Shown here one piece after another: positions 1 through 10,324 of a DNA stretch of 64,000 nt. Each line of letters starts with the position of its first letter. Position 1 is the stretch's first letter. The notes under the pieces were generated by a model that was given only the letters and a program-made list of their open reading frames with translations, ran no database searches and was not told the origin of the DNA. A program made the translations under genes and the position numbers. Location: NCBI GenBank assembly GCA_965242925.1, contig CBDEUM010000013.1, positions 96,001 through 160,000 on the forward strand, written 5' to 3'. This DNA comes from Roseibacillus sp. (lineage in GTDB: Bacteria > Verrucomicrobiota > Verrucomicrobiia > Verrucomicrobiales > Akkermansiaceae).

Positions 1-1110
1 CACCAGCCCGTAGGCGCCAACCATCACCACCGGCTCCCATTCCTCAGGCTGCCAGTCCCCACCCATCCGGAAGCGCCCCAGGAAACTGTCAAAGCCCCGC
101 GACGGAAAGAGGTGGCCCGGCTCGATCAAGGGCAGGGCGTTGCCCAGCAGCACCAGCTGCAACCACCCGAAAAAACCCGTCGCCCACACCTTGCCAAGAA
201 GATGCGATTCCGCCCGCCGCCAGCGCCGCCATAACATCACCGTCATGGTCAGGATCAGCACCCCCTGCGACAACAAGGTGAACACCGCCTGCGGAAAATC
301 GAGATTGAAGAACTTCGCGCTGGGCAGGAGCTGCTGCAACGCCTGGGCGGTGGCCCCCGCATCCCGTGGAATCAGGTGCGGATAGCATTCCTCGAAGACC
401 GGCATGATGGTGAGGTACTTGAAGTAGGCCAGGCCGAACTTCGCCAGCTGCGGGATCACGGTGTAGAGCAGGAAGATCACTCCCATCGATACCAGGAAGG
501 CCCAGCGCTTGTTCTTCACCACCGTCCCCGCCAACAACCCGGTCAGGTGATACAGCACCCCCGCGGTGAAAAAGATTCCGTAAAGCTGCAACGCGGTGCC
601 CAGCGGCACCTGCCCACGCCACAGCGACCACAGGCTGAAGGGCATCGTGACCAGCACCAGCACGTACTCACGGATCGGCAGGCCGAACAGGTAGCCCAGC
701 ACCTTGGCCAGCGGCGACATCGGCGCCAGTCGCTGGTAGTCGAGCACGCCCTCGTCCGCCTCCGCCGTCATCCCACCGGCCACCTGCCCGGTTCCCAGCA
801 GGAACAGAATGACCCCCTGGAAAATGAGCAGCGCGATCAGCGGGGTGCGCTCCGCATCCACCAGGTCCATCCCCTCCCAGCGCAACATCCCCTGCCGGAT
901 GATGAAAAACAGGAATCCCGAAATCAGAAGCGAGATCAGCAGCCACAGCGAGAGGGCCCGCAACCGCAGGCGAGACCGGCAATACCGGCGAAAAATCGGG
1001 TTGACCCAGATCTTCCACGTCGGCGCCCCCAAACCCTGGAGGGGAGGCGGTTTCCCGGGCAGGGGAATTTCCGGACGCGGTCTGCTGGCTGCCTTCCCTT
1101 GTTCGTCCAT
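1..1110 (-). CDS. ABC transporter permease-like multi-pass membrane protein (3' end outside window)
   Basis: Manual translation from ATG at 1110 (TGATG overlap with upstream ATPase stop): MDEQGKAASRPRPE...NPIFRRYCRSRLR...GVLDYQRLAPMSPLAKVLGYLFG. Many hydrophobic segments; open to the window edge. Confidence 0.75.
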   Translation of the reverse strand, partial: MDEQGKAASRPRPEIPLPGKPPPLQGLGAPTWKIWVNPIFRRYCRSRLRLRALSLWLLISLLISGFLFFIIRQGMLRWEGMDLVDAERTPLIALLIFQGVILFLLGTGQVAGGMTAEADEGVLDYQRLAPMSPLAKVLGYLFGLPIREYVLVLVTMPFSLWSLWRGQVPLGTALQLYGIFFTAGVLYHLTGLLAGTVVKNKRWAFLVSMGVIFLLYTVIPQLAKFGLAYFKYLTIMPVFEECYPHLIPRDAGATAQALQQLLPSAKFFNLDFPQAVFTLLSQGVLILTMTVMLWRRWRRAESHLLGKVWATGFFGWLQLVLLGNALPLIEPGHLFPSRGFDSFLGRFRMGGDWQPEEWEPVVMVGAYGLV

Positions 1111-2066
1111 CATGCTTCCCGGTTCCCTTCCGCCACCTCCACGAGGATCTGCTCGAACGACGACCCGCGTGCCTCGAAGGTCTTCACCCGCAGGCCTGCC
1201 GACACCATGGCCGCCAGCAGATCCGCCTGGCCGTCGTTGTCGCCCTTGAATCCGAAACGCACCTCCTCCTCATCACTCTCCACGTCATGCACCTCCTCGC
1301 AGGCCGCAAGCCACGTCAGCAGACCATCCTGACCGTCGATCATCGTGACACACAGCTGCCGGTCCGACCTTCCCAGCTCACCCCGCACCTCGTCCTCGGT
1401 TCCCGACGACAGGATCCGCCCCTGGTTCATCACGCAGAGCAGTGAGCACATCTCCGCCAGCTCGCTCAGGATGTGCGAACTCACCAGCACCGTGGCCCCG
1501 TCCGCCGCCAGCTTCTGCAGGGCGAGGCGCAATTCCCGCCGCGACAGGGGGTCCAGTCCGCTCGCTGGCTCGTCGAGAATCAGGACCTGGGGCCGGTGCA
1601 GAAGCGTCTTGGCCAGCACCAGACGCTGGGTCTGGCCACGCGACAGTGCCTTGCACCACGCCTCGCGTTTATCCAGCAGATTGACGATTCCCAGACACTC
1701 CTCGACCCGCTCCCAGCGCGCTGTCCGCCCACCCAGCACGTGCGTGTCGGCATGAAAGTCGAGAAACTCCCACACCTTCAAATCCGAAGGCACCGGCGCC
1801 AAGTCCGGCATGTAGCCCATGATCCGCCGCGCTGCGGACGTCGACTCCAGCACGTCGTGGCCCGCCACCATCACCTCCCCGTAGGTCGGCTCCATCAGCG
1901 TCGCCAGCACCTTGAAGGTGCTCGTCTTCCCCGCCCCGTTCGGCCCCACCAGCCCGTATACCACCCCCCACGGAATCGACAGACTCACGTCATTCACCGC
2001 GATGAAATCACCGTAGTCGACCCGCAGGTCACGGATCTCGATCGCGCTCCCGGTCACCTCCCTCAT
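1110..2066 (-). CDS. ABC transporter ATP-binding protein
   Basis: Walker A GPNGAGKTS, signature LSRGQTQR, Walker B LILDEP, SSH switch. Confidence 0.95.
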   Translation of the reverse strand: MREVTGSAIEIRDLRVDYGDFIAVNDVSLSIPWGVVYGLVGPNGAGKTSTFKVLATLMEPTYGEVMVAGHDVLESTSAARRIMGYMPDLAPVPSDLKVWEFLDFHADTHVLGGRTARWERVEECLGIVNLLDKREAWCKALSRGQTQRLVLAKTLLHRPQVLILDEPASGLDPLSRRELRLALQKLAADGATVLVSSHILSELAEMCSLLCVMNQGRILSSGTEDEVRGELGRSDRQLCVTMIDGQDGLLTWLAACEEVHDVESDEEEVRFGFKGDNDGQADLLAAMVSAGLRVKTFEARGSSFEQILVEVAEGNREA

Positions 2067-3007
2067 CAGAAACCCGCGTCGTCAAGGAGGTCCCAGTCGC
2101 GCGGCAGCTCCAGGCCCATCCGCCGCATCTCACGCTCCGCCTCCAGTCGGCGCTCCTCCTGATACTCATTGTAACGATCCAGTTGATCCGGCCGCAACAC
2201 CCGGCGGATCGCTCCATCCCGCGCCCGCCCCTCCAGTCGATCGGTGTCCGCTCCCATCCCGTCAAATTCCATGCCGGGATCGTAAGCCCGCGACCCCCGC
2301 GCCATCACTGCGAACATCCCGTCCAGCTGGTCCTCGTCCAGATTCACCACCTCGTCGAGTCTGTGCAGCCGCCGGTTCGCCTCGTCCTGCACGCTGTCCA
2401 CCCGCCCCTGCAGGCGCTCCGCCTTGAATGCCGCCAGTTCCTCACTCTGAAGCCGGGTCTCCATGAAGGCCTCCAGACCGCGCTCCGAATCTTCGTTCAT
2501 CTCCATGACACGCACAAAATCCACGAATCCGGTCGTCTCACTGTTGATCATGTCATGGAAGGCCCGGGCATTCTCGTCCTCCCTCTTCCGGAACCACTCC
2601 TTCAACTCCACCTGCCCCTCGTCCGACAGGTGGTATTCCCGGGCATAGTGCCCCGCCAATGAGTCGAACCGCTCCTCCTGCTCCACCATCCGCATCCGGT
2701 CAAACAGGGGCGCCATGTCCCGCATCCACGGCTTCATCGTCCAGAAGACATCGTCGAGGCTCACATCCCGGCCCTCCCTGATGTCTTCTGCAATCGACCG
2801 AATGCCGTCCCGCACCGTCCGCCTGCTCCCCGGACCGTAGTTTGCCTCGTACCTGGACAACTCCCTCCGCGTCACCCGCAACTCACCCTGCAACTTCTCC
2901 ACCTTTTCCTCCGTCGACCCCTCTTCCGGCGGCATGCTCTGCTGAAACAGAATCGCCCCCACCACTCCCACCGCCAAGCCGATCACAAGCCCAAGATACT
3001 GGCGCAT
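2066..3007 (-). CDS. hypothetical protein with N-terminal membrane anchor and helical/coiled-coil body
   Basis: Start likely MRQYLGLVIGLAVGVVGAILF; stop overlaps the ATG of the ABC ATPase. Confidence 0.75.
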   Translation of the reverse strand: MRQYLGLVIGLAVGVVGAILFQQSMPPEEGSTEEKVEKLQGELRVTRRELSRYEANYGPGSRRTVRDGIRSIAEDIREGRDVSLDDVFWTMKPWMRDMAPLFDRMRMVEQEERFDSLAGHYAREYHLSDEGQVELKEWFRKREDENARAFHDMINSETTGFVDFVRVMEMNEDSERGLEAFMETRLQSEELAAFKAERLQGRVDSVQDEANRRLHRLDEVVNLDEDQLDGMFAVMARGSRAYDPGMEFDGMGADTDRLEGRARDGAIRRVLRPDQLDRYNEYQEERRLEAEREMRRMGLELPRDWDLLDDAGF

Positions 3008-3184
3008 GCGGCACCTTCCGCGATTTCCGGTCGAACACAAGGAACAAGACCCTCTCCATCTGGGCCGTACCCGAACCCGATGCAGGGCTTCCGCATCCTG
3101 TTTTAAATAGCCCACTACGCTCCCTCACCAAATCTCATCCGGCTGCCGAATTGACGCCCCGGTCCGGGCTCCCTATCCTTACCC

Positions 3185-3415
3185 GTGACATGCTCGAAAG
3201 GGCTCACTGTTCCGGGGATCAGACCGATTTCGCACCCCGGAAGGCCCCGGATCACTTTCAAGAACCTCGAAGTCCTGACCGAATACCTCGCTGAAGACGA
3301 TCTCCTCTACCAGGGCAGGCGCAGACGGATCATCCTCAGCGAACAAGGCTTCCACACCCCCGACGGCACTGATGGGGAGACCATTCAGGCCTCCAGGCGA
3401 ACCCCGGCACCCTGA
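3185..3415 (+). pseudogene. fragment of a glycoside-hydrolase-like (DUF5722-type) gene
   Basis: Protein-like stretch RITFKNLEVLTEYL...RRIILSEQGFHTPDG with no credible start or end; family recalled from the ILSEQGF motif, not searched. Confidence 0.4.
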
Positions 3416-3551
3416 CAGGAGGATCCGATACAGCCCCCCACGCACCCCCGGCCTGCCAGCCCGTTCCTAAGCCTTGAAGAAAAGGAAAAATCTGTCAGTC
3501 TCTCCTTGGAAATCCCAGTCAGGTTCTTCTGAAGGATTCTAAGCTTCTATC

Positions 3552-5084
3552 ATGGCACATCCCCAGATCATCCAAGGCGGCATGGGCATTGCCGTCTCCG
3601 ACTGGCGCCTGGCACATGCGGTGGCAAGAGAGGGAGCGATGGGCGTCGTGTCCGGCACTGCGATCAGCTCTGTGCTGGCGCGCCGGCTTCAGTTGGGGGA
3701 CATCGGTGGACACATGCGCCGCGCTCTTGAGCATTTTCCCGTACCCGAGATCGCTGAGGAAGTGCTCAACACGTATTACCGTGCCGGTGGCAAGGGGGCG
3801 GACGAGCCCTACAAACTGACACCGATGTACAAGATCAAGACCAGTCTTGCCGGACTCCGTCTGACGGTAGTGGCCAACTTCGCCGAAGTCTTCCTCGCCA
3901 GGGAAGGTCACGACGGCCAGGTGGGAATCAATTTCCTCGAGAAGATACAGTTGCCGCATCTAGCCTCCATCTACGGGGCGATGCTCGCGGGCGTCAACTA
4001 TGTGTTGATGGGAGCAGGAATTCCCCGTCAAATCCCCGGGGTTCTCGACAGTTTGAGCCAGCATCTGAAGTCGCGTTACAGGCTGGCCGTCGAGAATGAG
4101 CCGAGCGGCGAAGAGACCTACACGGAATTCGATCCGGCGGAAGTCATCGGGTTGCCTTCTGCCTTCCCGCTCTCGAGACCTTGTTTCATCGCCATCATCG
4201 CGTCGACGACGCTGGCGCTGTCCCTGTCTAAGAAAGCTTCAGGCTACGTGGACGGCTTCGTCATCGAGTACCCTGTCGCCGGTGGACATAATGCGCCGCC
4301 CCGAGGAAAGTTGCAGCTGAGCGAGCGGGGAGAGCCGATTTATGGACCGAAGGACGATGTGGACCTGGAGAAGATCGCCGCCATCGGGCGTCCCTTCTGG
4401 CTCGCCGGGGGATATGCTGACCCCGATCGCCTCGTTCGCGCAATGGAACTTGGGGCCACGGGGATCCAGGTCGGATCCGCCTTTAGCCTCTGCGAGGAAT
4501 CCGGCGTCGACCCTGCATTAAAACAGAGAGCCCTCGACAGCGTGAAGCAGAACGGCATCCGAGTCTCCACTGACGCCATCGCATCTCCGACCGGTTTTCC
4601 TTTCAAGGTCCTCCCCCTTGAAGACACCGCATCCGAGTTGGCCGTCTACGAGAAGCGTCCCCGAATCTGCGATCTCGGCTACCTGCGGGTGCTGGCCAAG
4701 TCCGGCGACGACAAGATCGTCTACCGTTGCGCAAGCGAACCGGTTGCCGCCTACGTGAAAAAGGGCGGTGATGAGGCTGCCTCAACGGGACGCAAGTGCC
4801 TGTGTAACGCGCTGCTGGCGAATGTCGGTCAGGCACAATTGCAGAAGTCAGGTTTCACCGAAACGCCACTGTTGACGTCGGGAGATGACGTCAACATGGT
4901 AACCCGTTTCCTCAGCGAGGGACGCACCTCCTACAAGGCCAAGCAGGTTCTCGATTTTTTACGTGCTCCAACCAAATCCAACGAAGCGGCGGCGGGAGAC
5001 GGGGACGTCCGACCCTTCGGCAGCCCGACTCGTAAATCCTTTGAAGTTGGGAGTTCCAATGGTCCATCAAATAACGCGTGCTGA
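3552..5084 (+). CDS. nitronate monooxygenase / 2-nitropropane dioxygenase-like FMN enzyme
   Basis: IIQGGMG start, AGGHNAPPRG, FWLAGG, GIQVGSAF, SPTGFPFKV, CDLGYLR and CLCNALLA motifs. Confidence 0.9.
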   Translation: MAHPQIIQGGMGIAVSDWRLAHAVAREGAMGVVSGTAISSVLARRLQLGDIGGHMRRALEHFPVPEIAEEVLNTYYRAGGKGADEPYKLTPMYKIKTSLAGLRLTVVANFAEVFLAREGHDGQVGINFLEKIQLPHLASIYGAMLAGVNYVLMGAGIPRQIPGVLDSLSQHLKSRYRLAVENEPSGEETYTEFDPAEVIGLPSAFPLSRPCFIAIIASTTLALSLSKKASGYVDGFVIEYPVAGGHNAPPRGKLQLSERGEPIYGPKDDVDLEKIAAIGRPFWLAGGYADPDRLVRAMELGATGIQVGSAFSLCEESGVDPALKQRALDSVKQNGIRVSTDAIASPTGFPFKVLPLEDTASELAVYEKRPRICDLGYLRVLAKSGDDKIVYRCASEPVAAYVKKGGDEAASTGRKCLCNALLANVGQAQLQKSGFTETPLLTSGDDVNMVTRFLSEGRTSYKAKQVLDFLRAPTKSNEAAAGDGDVRPFGSPTRKSFEVGSSNGPSNNAC

Positions 5085-5740
5085 AATCGAATCCGAAGGA
5101 ATCATCGGGTAAGAGTCAGTCCATTGGTACAAAAAGAAATGGTCCGCACCCATGGGTGGGATTTATCTCACTCCCCAGCGCATCGTTTTCATAAAGAGCC
5201 CGTCCGTGATTGGTGGCCTTATTAGAGCTCTCATTAACAGATCGGGATCTGTTCACGATATGCCTGTTGCCGAGATAGTGTCGTGCTCAAGGGCGAACAA
5301 CCACCCGGGCAAGATCACTCCTACTTCCATGGCATATGGCATCCCATGCCGCAATCAGGGCGGTCAATTTATCAAGGCATATCCTTGGAAAGATCGTTGA
5401 CTGCTCCCGGGCCTTCCTCCTCGTCTCCCAGGTCGACCTCGACCAGCAGCGCAGGCTCTTTGCGTGCCCTACTCCGCCCCGAACGTCCCAGGTCACCCTG
5501 GAGGATGCCAGAAATGCGAATGAGGCCGCGAGACCGCGGCATAACCCAAAACCCGGTCTTTTCTTCCCTTTATCAGGAGCAATAGGAAAGCGCTTAAAGC
5601 TCTTTTTCCCGCTCTTTTATTGGAATCGGCACGCCCTGCGGGCCCTCGCGGAACTTACCTCTTGCAATTTGGATCAATTAGGTCCAAACACCTCGCCCTC
5701 CCTGCGCCTAGCGGGGATCTTCAAATTAAGACTAGATATT

Positions 5741-5935
5741 ATGGCAACAGGTAAAGTAGCGCGTTTCTTCGATCAAAAAGGTTTTGGCTTCATTCAACCC
5801 GAAGGAGGCGGCAAGGATTTGTTCGTGCATATCAATGAAGTTGAAGGAGGCCAACTTCAGGAGGGTGACACAGTTGAGTATGAGGCCACTGAAGGTCCAA
5901 AAGGACCACAAGCTTCCAGCGTTAAGGTTGTTTAA
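5741..5935 (+). CDS. cspA: cold-shock protein (CSD family), 64 aa
   Basis: MATGKVARFFDQKGFGFIQPEGGGKDLFVHINE...GPKGPQASSV; RNP1 (KGFGFI) and RNP2 (LFVH) present. Confidence 0.93.
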   Translation: MATGKVARFFDQKGFGFIQPEGGGKDLFVHINEVEGGQLQEGDTVEYEATEGPKGPQASSVKVV

Positions 5936-6192
5936 CCTAATTCAGCCATCATTGATGGCTGCCCCCATTCCATTCACCGCAAATCAAACCCTTTTCCCGG
6001 GTTTGGCTGAGGTGCTTGCTGTTGCATTTTACTGCAACAGCTGCACCTCTGTTCGGGGGGGGCCCCATTCTTCAACCGTTACATTGTCACGGTTGCACGG
6101 GATCTCTCATCTTGAGCAACTGAGGAAGTGAGGCCATCAAGAGCCTCCACCCGGTAGTCCCCGGGCACCCAGGAGCAGAGGGTTAACCTCTC

Positions 6193-6226
6193 CCCCTCAA
6201 GCGGCATCACCCCTCAAGCGGCATCA
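6193..6226 (+). repeat. 17-bp perfect tandem duplication CCCCTCAAGCGGCATCA x2
   Basis: Read directly at 6193-6209 and 6210-6226. Confidence 0.9.
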
Positions 6227-6268
6227 TTGCCCTTGTGTGTGAAACCTCGTGCCGGACCTCAGAACCGC

Positions 6269-6592
6269 TCAACTTCGATCCTGAGATAATTCTGGGGGAC
6301 GGGACCACTGGTTCCCCAACTGCGCTGGCGGCCCCTGTTGATAGATCTGCACTGGTGGCATACCGCGGTGGGTAACGACTATCTCAGGCCCTCCTTCTTG
6401 TGGACGCGGAAGGAAAATATCAACGAACGCCCAGATCATCCAAGCCGGGAACAGAAACAGGAGAAGCACGAGGGCCAGGATCCAGTTCCGCCTGAAGGTC
6501 TGGATGACACCTCGTGCACAACAGCCCAGCAGAACCAGCAGGACGGACAACCCGATGACTATCGGACCCCGCTCTCCTTCTCCTGCCTCCAC
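6269..6592 (-). CDS. small hypothetical membrane protein
   Basis: Two hydrophobic stretches (IVIGLSVLLVLLGCC; WILALVLLLFLFPAWMIWAFVDIF) and a Pro/Gln-rich tail; GTG start uncertain. Confidence 0.5.
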   Translation of the reverse strand: MEAGEGERGPIVIGLSVLLVLLGCCARGVIQTFRRNWILALVLLLFLFPAWMIWAFVDIFLPRPQEGGPEIVVTHRGMPPVQIYQQGPPAQLGNQWSRPPELSQDRS

Positions 6593-6701
6593 GCTCAACG
6601 CAGGAGGTCCGGAAAGAGCGGCTGGAATTCTGCGCGAAGTGAAATGTTTCCTTGTGCGCTGGAGGACACGAGGGTCACGTTGACCTCGCTCCACCGCCCA
6701 T

Positions 6702-8411
6702 ATGAAAACCCTGTTCACCACTCTTGTCCTTTCCCTTACCAGCCTCCTGGTCCTCACTGCGGACGACCGGCCCAACATCATCCTCATCATGGTGGATGAC
6801 ATGGGGTTTTCGGACATCGGTTGTTATGGGAGTGAGATCCCCACCCCGCACCTCGATGCCCTCGCGTCCCGGGGGGCCCGATTCTCCCAGTTCTATAACA
6901 CGGGCCGCTGCTGTCCCACACGGGCCTCGCTCCTGACCGGCCTCTACTCCCACCAGGCCGGAGTGGGCTGGATGACTGCGGACCAGGGCCTGCCGGGCTA
7001 CCGCGGGCGGCTCACCGAACAGTGCCACACCATCGCGGAGGTTCTCGGCCGGGCCGGCTACTTCACCGCCATGACCGGCAAGTGGCACGTGGGTTACTCC
7101 GAGCAGGTCAATCCCACCGCCCGCGGTTTCCTCCGCAGCCTCAATCTCGACCAGGGAGGAGTGCACTTCTCCAACCAGACCGGCCGGATGGCGAGCCGCA
7201 AACTGTACTTCAACGGAAAGGAAATTGCCAGGGATGACCCACGTCTCTCTCCTCCGTGGTACGGATCCAATCTCTGGACCAGGCAGGGGATCCGCTTCCT
7301 TGACGAAGCCCGCACCGCCAACAAACCCTTCTTCTGGTACCTCGCCCATGTGGCGCCCCACTTCCCGTGCATGGCCCCGGAGGCGACCATTGCCAGATAC
7401 CGTGGCAAGTACCGTGCCGGATGGGATCAACTGGCCCGCGAGCGCCACGCCCGCCAGGTGGAATCCGGCCTGGTCGAGGCCAGCTGGAAGCCGGAATCCC
7501 GTCCCGCGCAAATCCCGGCCTGGAAGTCCCTGGGGGAGAAAGCCCAGGTGCGCTACGACGACATGATGGCCATCTACGCCGCCATGATCGAGGAGATCGA
7601 CAGAAACGTGGGGAAGCTGGTGGCCGCCCTCAAGAAACGGGAACAACTGGACAACACTCTCATCCTGTTTCTTTCCGACAACGGTGGAAACGCCGAAGCC
7701 GGCATCAAGGGGCGCTATGAGGGTAAACAACCGGGCGACTCGCATTCCAATGTCTTCATCGGACGGTGCTGGGCCCATCTCAACAACGTCCCCTTCCGCC
7801 AGTACAAGCACTACAATCACGAAGGCGGGATTGCCTCTCCGCTCATTGCCCACTGGCCGAACCGGATCTCTCCCCGCAAGGACTGGATCAGCACGCCCAC
7901 CCACCTCATCGACCTGATGGCGACCTGCGTCGATCTCGGAGCCGCGAGCTACCCAAAAAACCGCAAGGGCCGACCGGTTCCCGCCATGGCAGGGCAAAGC
8001 CTGCGCCCACTCCTCACCGGCAAGGGGGAATTCGCCAGGCGCCCCCTCTTCTGGGAACACGAGGGCAACGCTGCCATCCGGGTGGACGATGAGAAGCTGG
8101 TACGCCTCGGGGAGAAGGGTCGATGGGAACTTTACGACCTGGCTGCCGACCGCACCGAACAGCAGAACCTGGCCCCCCGACGGCCCGGGCGGGTAAAAGC
8201 CCTTGCCGCTCAGTGGGAGGAATGGGCCCAGCGTTGCCAGGTCCTCCCCAGGCCCAAGCCGAAGGCCAAGCCCAGGAACAAGCCCAGGAGCACGCCCAAG
8301 CCGAGGAAAGCCACCTCCCGGGTTCGTCCTTCCTTTTCCTCACCCGTGGTGGTCGGCGCGGAGTCGCCGGACCGTCCCGATTCGTCCTCCACCGGTGGTT
8401 CCGGCACCTGA
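6702..8411 (+). CDS. arylsulfatase (FGly-dependent), secreted; C-terminus uncertain
   Basis: Signal peptide, PNIILIMVDDMGFSD, CCPTRASLLTG, GKWHVG, SDNG, ELYDL. Confidence 0.93.
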   Translation: MKTLFTTLVLSLTSLLVLTADDRPNIILIMVDDMGFSDIGCYGSEIPTPHLDALASRGARFSQFYNTGRCCPTRASLLTGLYSHQAGVGWMTADQGLPGYRGRLTEQCHTIAEVLGRAGYFTAMTGKWHVGYSEQVNPTARGFLRSLNLDQGGVHFSNQTGRMASRKLYFNGKEIARDDPRLSPPWYGSNLWTRQGIRFLDEARTANKPFFWYLAHVAPHFPCMAPEATIARYRGKYRAGWDQLARERHARQVESGLVEASWKPESRPAQIPAWKSLGEKAQVRYDDMMAIYAAMIEEIDRNVGKLVAALKKREQLDNTLILFLSDNGGNAEAGIKGRYEGKQPGDSHSNVFIGRCWAHLNNVPFRQYKHYNHEGGIASPLIAHWPNRISPRKDWISTPTHLIDLMATCVDLGAASYPKNRKGRPVPAMAGQSLRPLLTGKGEFARRPLFWEHEGNAAIRVDDEKLVRLGEKGRWELYDLAADRTEQQNLAPRRPGRVKALAAQWEEWAQRCQVLPRPKPKAKPRNKPRSTPKPRKATSRVRPSFSSPVVVGAESPDRPDSSSTGGSGT

Positions 8412-9424
8412 TCACGGGACTCCTCCGCCAACACCGCCGTGTCCACTTCCCGCGCCTGTTCCGAATTCAACCGGAACCTGAGGGATTCCTTCTCAAGAGA
8501 TTTCAGGGATCTTTGCTTTCTTTTCTCTAGGGGGACCCCAGCAGACGGGACCACCTCGCCACTGCGACCTTTCGGTTTCGGCCCGCGATCCGCGCGGGAG
8601 AGATCCGCCTCCTCCTTCACCTCCGCCTGCGGATGCAGCGCCTGCCTCTTATCAGCGGCCCGCTCTGCCGCCGTCAGGGGAGCGGGAGCCGCCGCGGCCG
8701 GTCGGGAAGGAACCTTCGAGTCCAGTTCAGGAGTGCCGAGCAAGGCAGATGGCACTCCCCTTCCCTGCCCCGGCTTCTTCTCCCCGGGATCCTCGTCCGC
8801 TTTAACCTCCGCCGCCTCAGCCTTTCCGAGCAGATCGTCCTGAAACCGGTTGGCCTTCCCCCCAGAGAACCCCGAAGCCTCACCGAAGCTCGCCCCATCA
8901 GCATCCCGGGAGAAATAGAGATCACCGGAATCCGGGGTAATTGTATGGGTCTCCCCCACGAGCTGTTTCCCGTCATCCACTCCCCTGCCAGCCTCGCTGT
9001 CAAAAGCCACCCAGGGTCGGGTCAGCAAGGTCACCAAAAAGAGGGTGAGGACGAAACAGGCCGCCGCCGACCACATCACGCGCCGGCCGGCCCTGCGGAT
9101 GCGGCGCTCGCGGGAGCGCTCCCCGGTAGCTACGTCCATTCCCGGGATTTCTCCGGTGGGCCCGGCCAGCGCAAGCGCTTCCAGAAGCTGCAGCCTGCGC
9201 TCCGGGGCCAGCTTCCACTCCTTGTCATCCTCCCGAACCAGGGTCTCGCCCAGCAGTCCATGAAGGGACTCCAAGCGCTGCTTGAAGGCCCGGATCTCTG
9301 GCTGCTCAGCGACCATGCGCTCCAGTTCTTCGAGCTCCGACCCCGATGCCTCGCCCAGAACGAGGTCCACCACACGGGCCTCGATCCCGTCTTGAAGGTC
9401 GCCACTGTAGTTGTCGTCGCCCAT
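8210..9424 (-). CDS. anti-sigma-like membrane protein, probably truncated
   Basis: Directly downstream of an ECF sigma. N-terminal VDLVLGEAS...ELERMV helix region, one TM helix, then low-complexity sequence running about 200 bp into the sulfatase gene. Confidence 0.6.
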   Translation of the reverse strand: MGDDNYSGDLQDGIEARVVDLVLGEASGSELEELERMVAEQPEIRAFKQRLESLHGLLGETLVREDDKEWKLAPERRLQLLEALALAGPTGEIPGMDVATGERSRERRIRRAGRRVMWSAAACFVLTLFLVTLLTRPWVAFDSEAGRGVDDGKQLVGETHTITPDSGDLYFSRDADGASFGEASGFSGGKANRFQDDLLGKAEAAEVKADEDPGEKKPGQGRGVPSALLGTPELDSKVPSRPAAAAPAPLTAAERAADKRQALHPQAEVKEEADLSRADRGPKPKGRSGEVVPSAGVPLEKRKQRSLKSLEKESLRFRLNSEQAREVDTAVLAEESRDQVPEPPVEDESGRSGDSAPTTTGEEKEGRTREVAFLGLGVLLGLFLGLAFGLGLGRTWQRWAHSSH

Positions 9425-9429
9425 GTCCC

Positions 9430-10017
9430 CTATCCTTTCGCTCCCTCTACCCCCGCACGCCGCAGGGAATCAGCGAGGTCCTTCAAAGTGTAATGCAGCC
9501 GGTAACCCACGTTCCCGACACTCATGCCACTGCGCTGGCTGATCTGCTTGTAATTGAGTCCTTCGAAATACTTGAGCCGGAGGAGGAGCTGGTCGCGCTC
9601 GTCGAGGTCTCCCATGAGCATGTGCAGGATCCCAGCTGCCTCCATCTTACCGAGCACATCGTCAGAGGCCTCCCGTCCCATGTCCTTCCGGCCCGCACCC
9701 ATGCCGCCATCTCCGCCCGGATTGGTCGCATCCCCGTCCCCGATGCTCTCCTGGGTGGCAGGATCGGCAAGCGTCTCGCGTTTGTTGTCGCGAATATGGT
9801 TGTAGGCCCTGTTCCTTACACAGCGAAACAGCCAGGCGCGCGGTTGCCGGACCTCGTCCCAGTGCTGATGGAGACGCAGGAAGGCGTCCTGCACCAGGTC
9901 CTCGGCAACTTCCCGGCGTCCCACCAGGCCAAACGCGTAGCGCAGAAGCGGGGTCTCCTCCGCTTCGAATACCATTTCAAGGGAAGGCTTGGGCGCCTTG
10001 GGGGGCTCAGGGGACAT
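9430..10017 (-). CDS. ECF RNA polymerase sigma-70 factor
   Basis: AEDLVQDAFLRL, AWLFRCVRNRAYNHIRD; region 4 LKYFEGLNYKQIS...SVGNVGYRLH. Confidence 0.92.
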   Translation of the reverse strand: MSPEPPKAPKPSLEMVFEAEETPLLRYAFGLVGRREVAEDLVQDAFLRLHQHWDEVRQPRAWLFRCVRNRAYNHIRDNKRETLADPATQESIGDGDATNPGGDGGMGAGRKDMGREASDDVLGKMEAAGILHMLMGDLDERDQLLLRLKYFEGLNYKQISQRSGMSVGNVGYRLHYTLKDLADSLRRAGVEGAKG

Positions 10018-10324
10018 GGGAACCACGATGGCCACGACCACAGCCATCGACGGGAAGCATTGTAGACCTGAAACTGCCACCTGATTCCATCCTTTCTAGC
10101 CTTAAGACACTCCAAATGGACAAGCCTTGGAAAATTCCGGTCATTTTTGCCATCATTATGATCCCCAAGGCCGCAAAAAGGCCTTTCCGGAAGAACGTCC
10201 GACGGCCTGGGGGCCTGAAACAAACTCTCCCACGATGCTGAAAACAGCAGTGAATCCACGTATTCACCGGCACAAGACCCTCGACCTCCGGGCATTCCCA
10301 ACCTAAACAAATCGGCCCCCGCAG

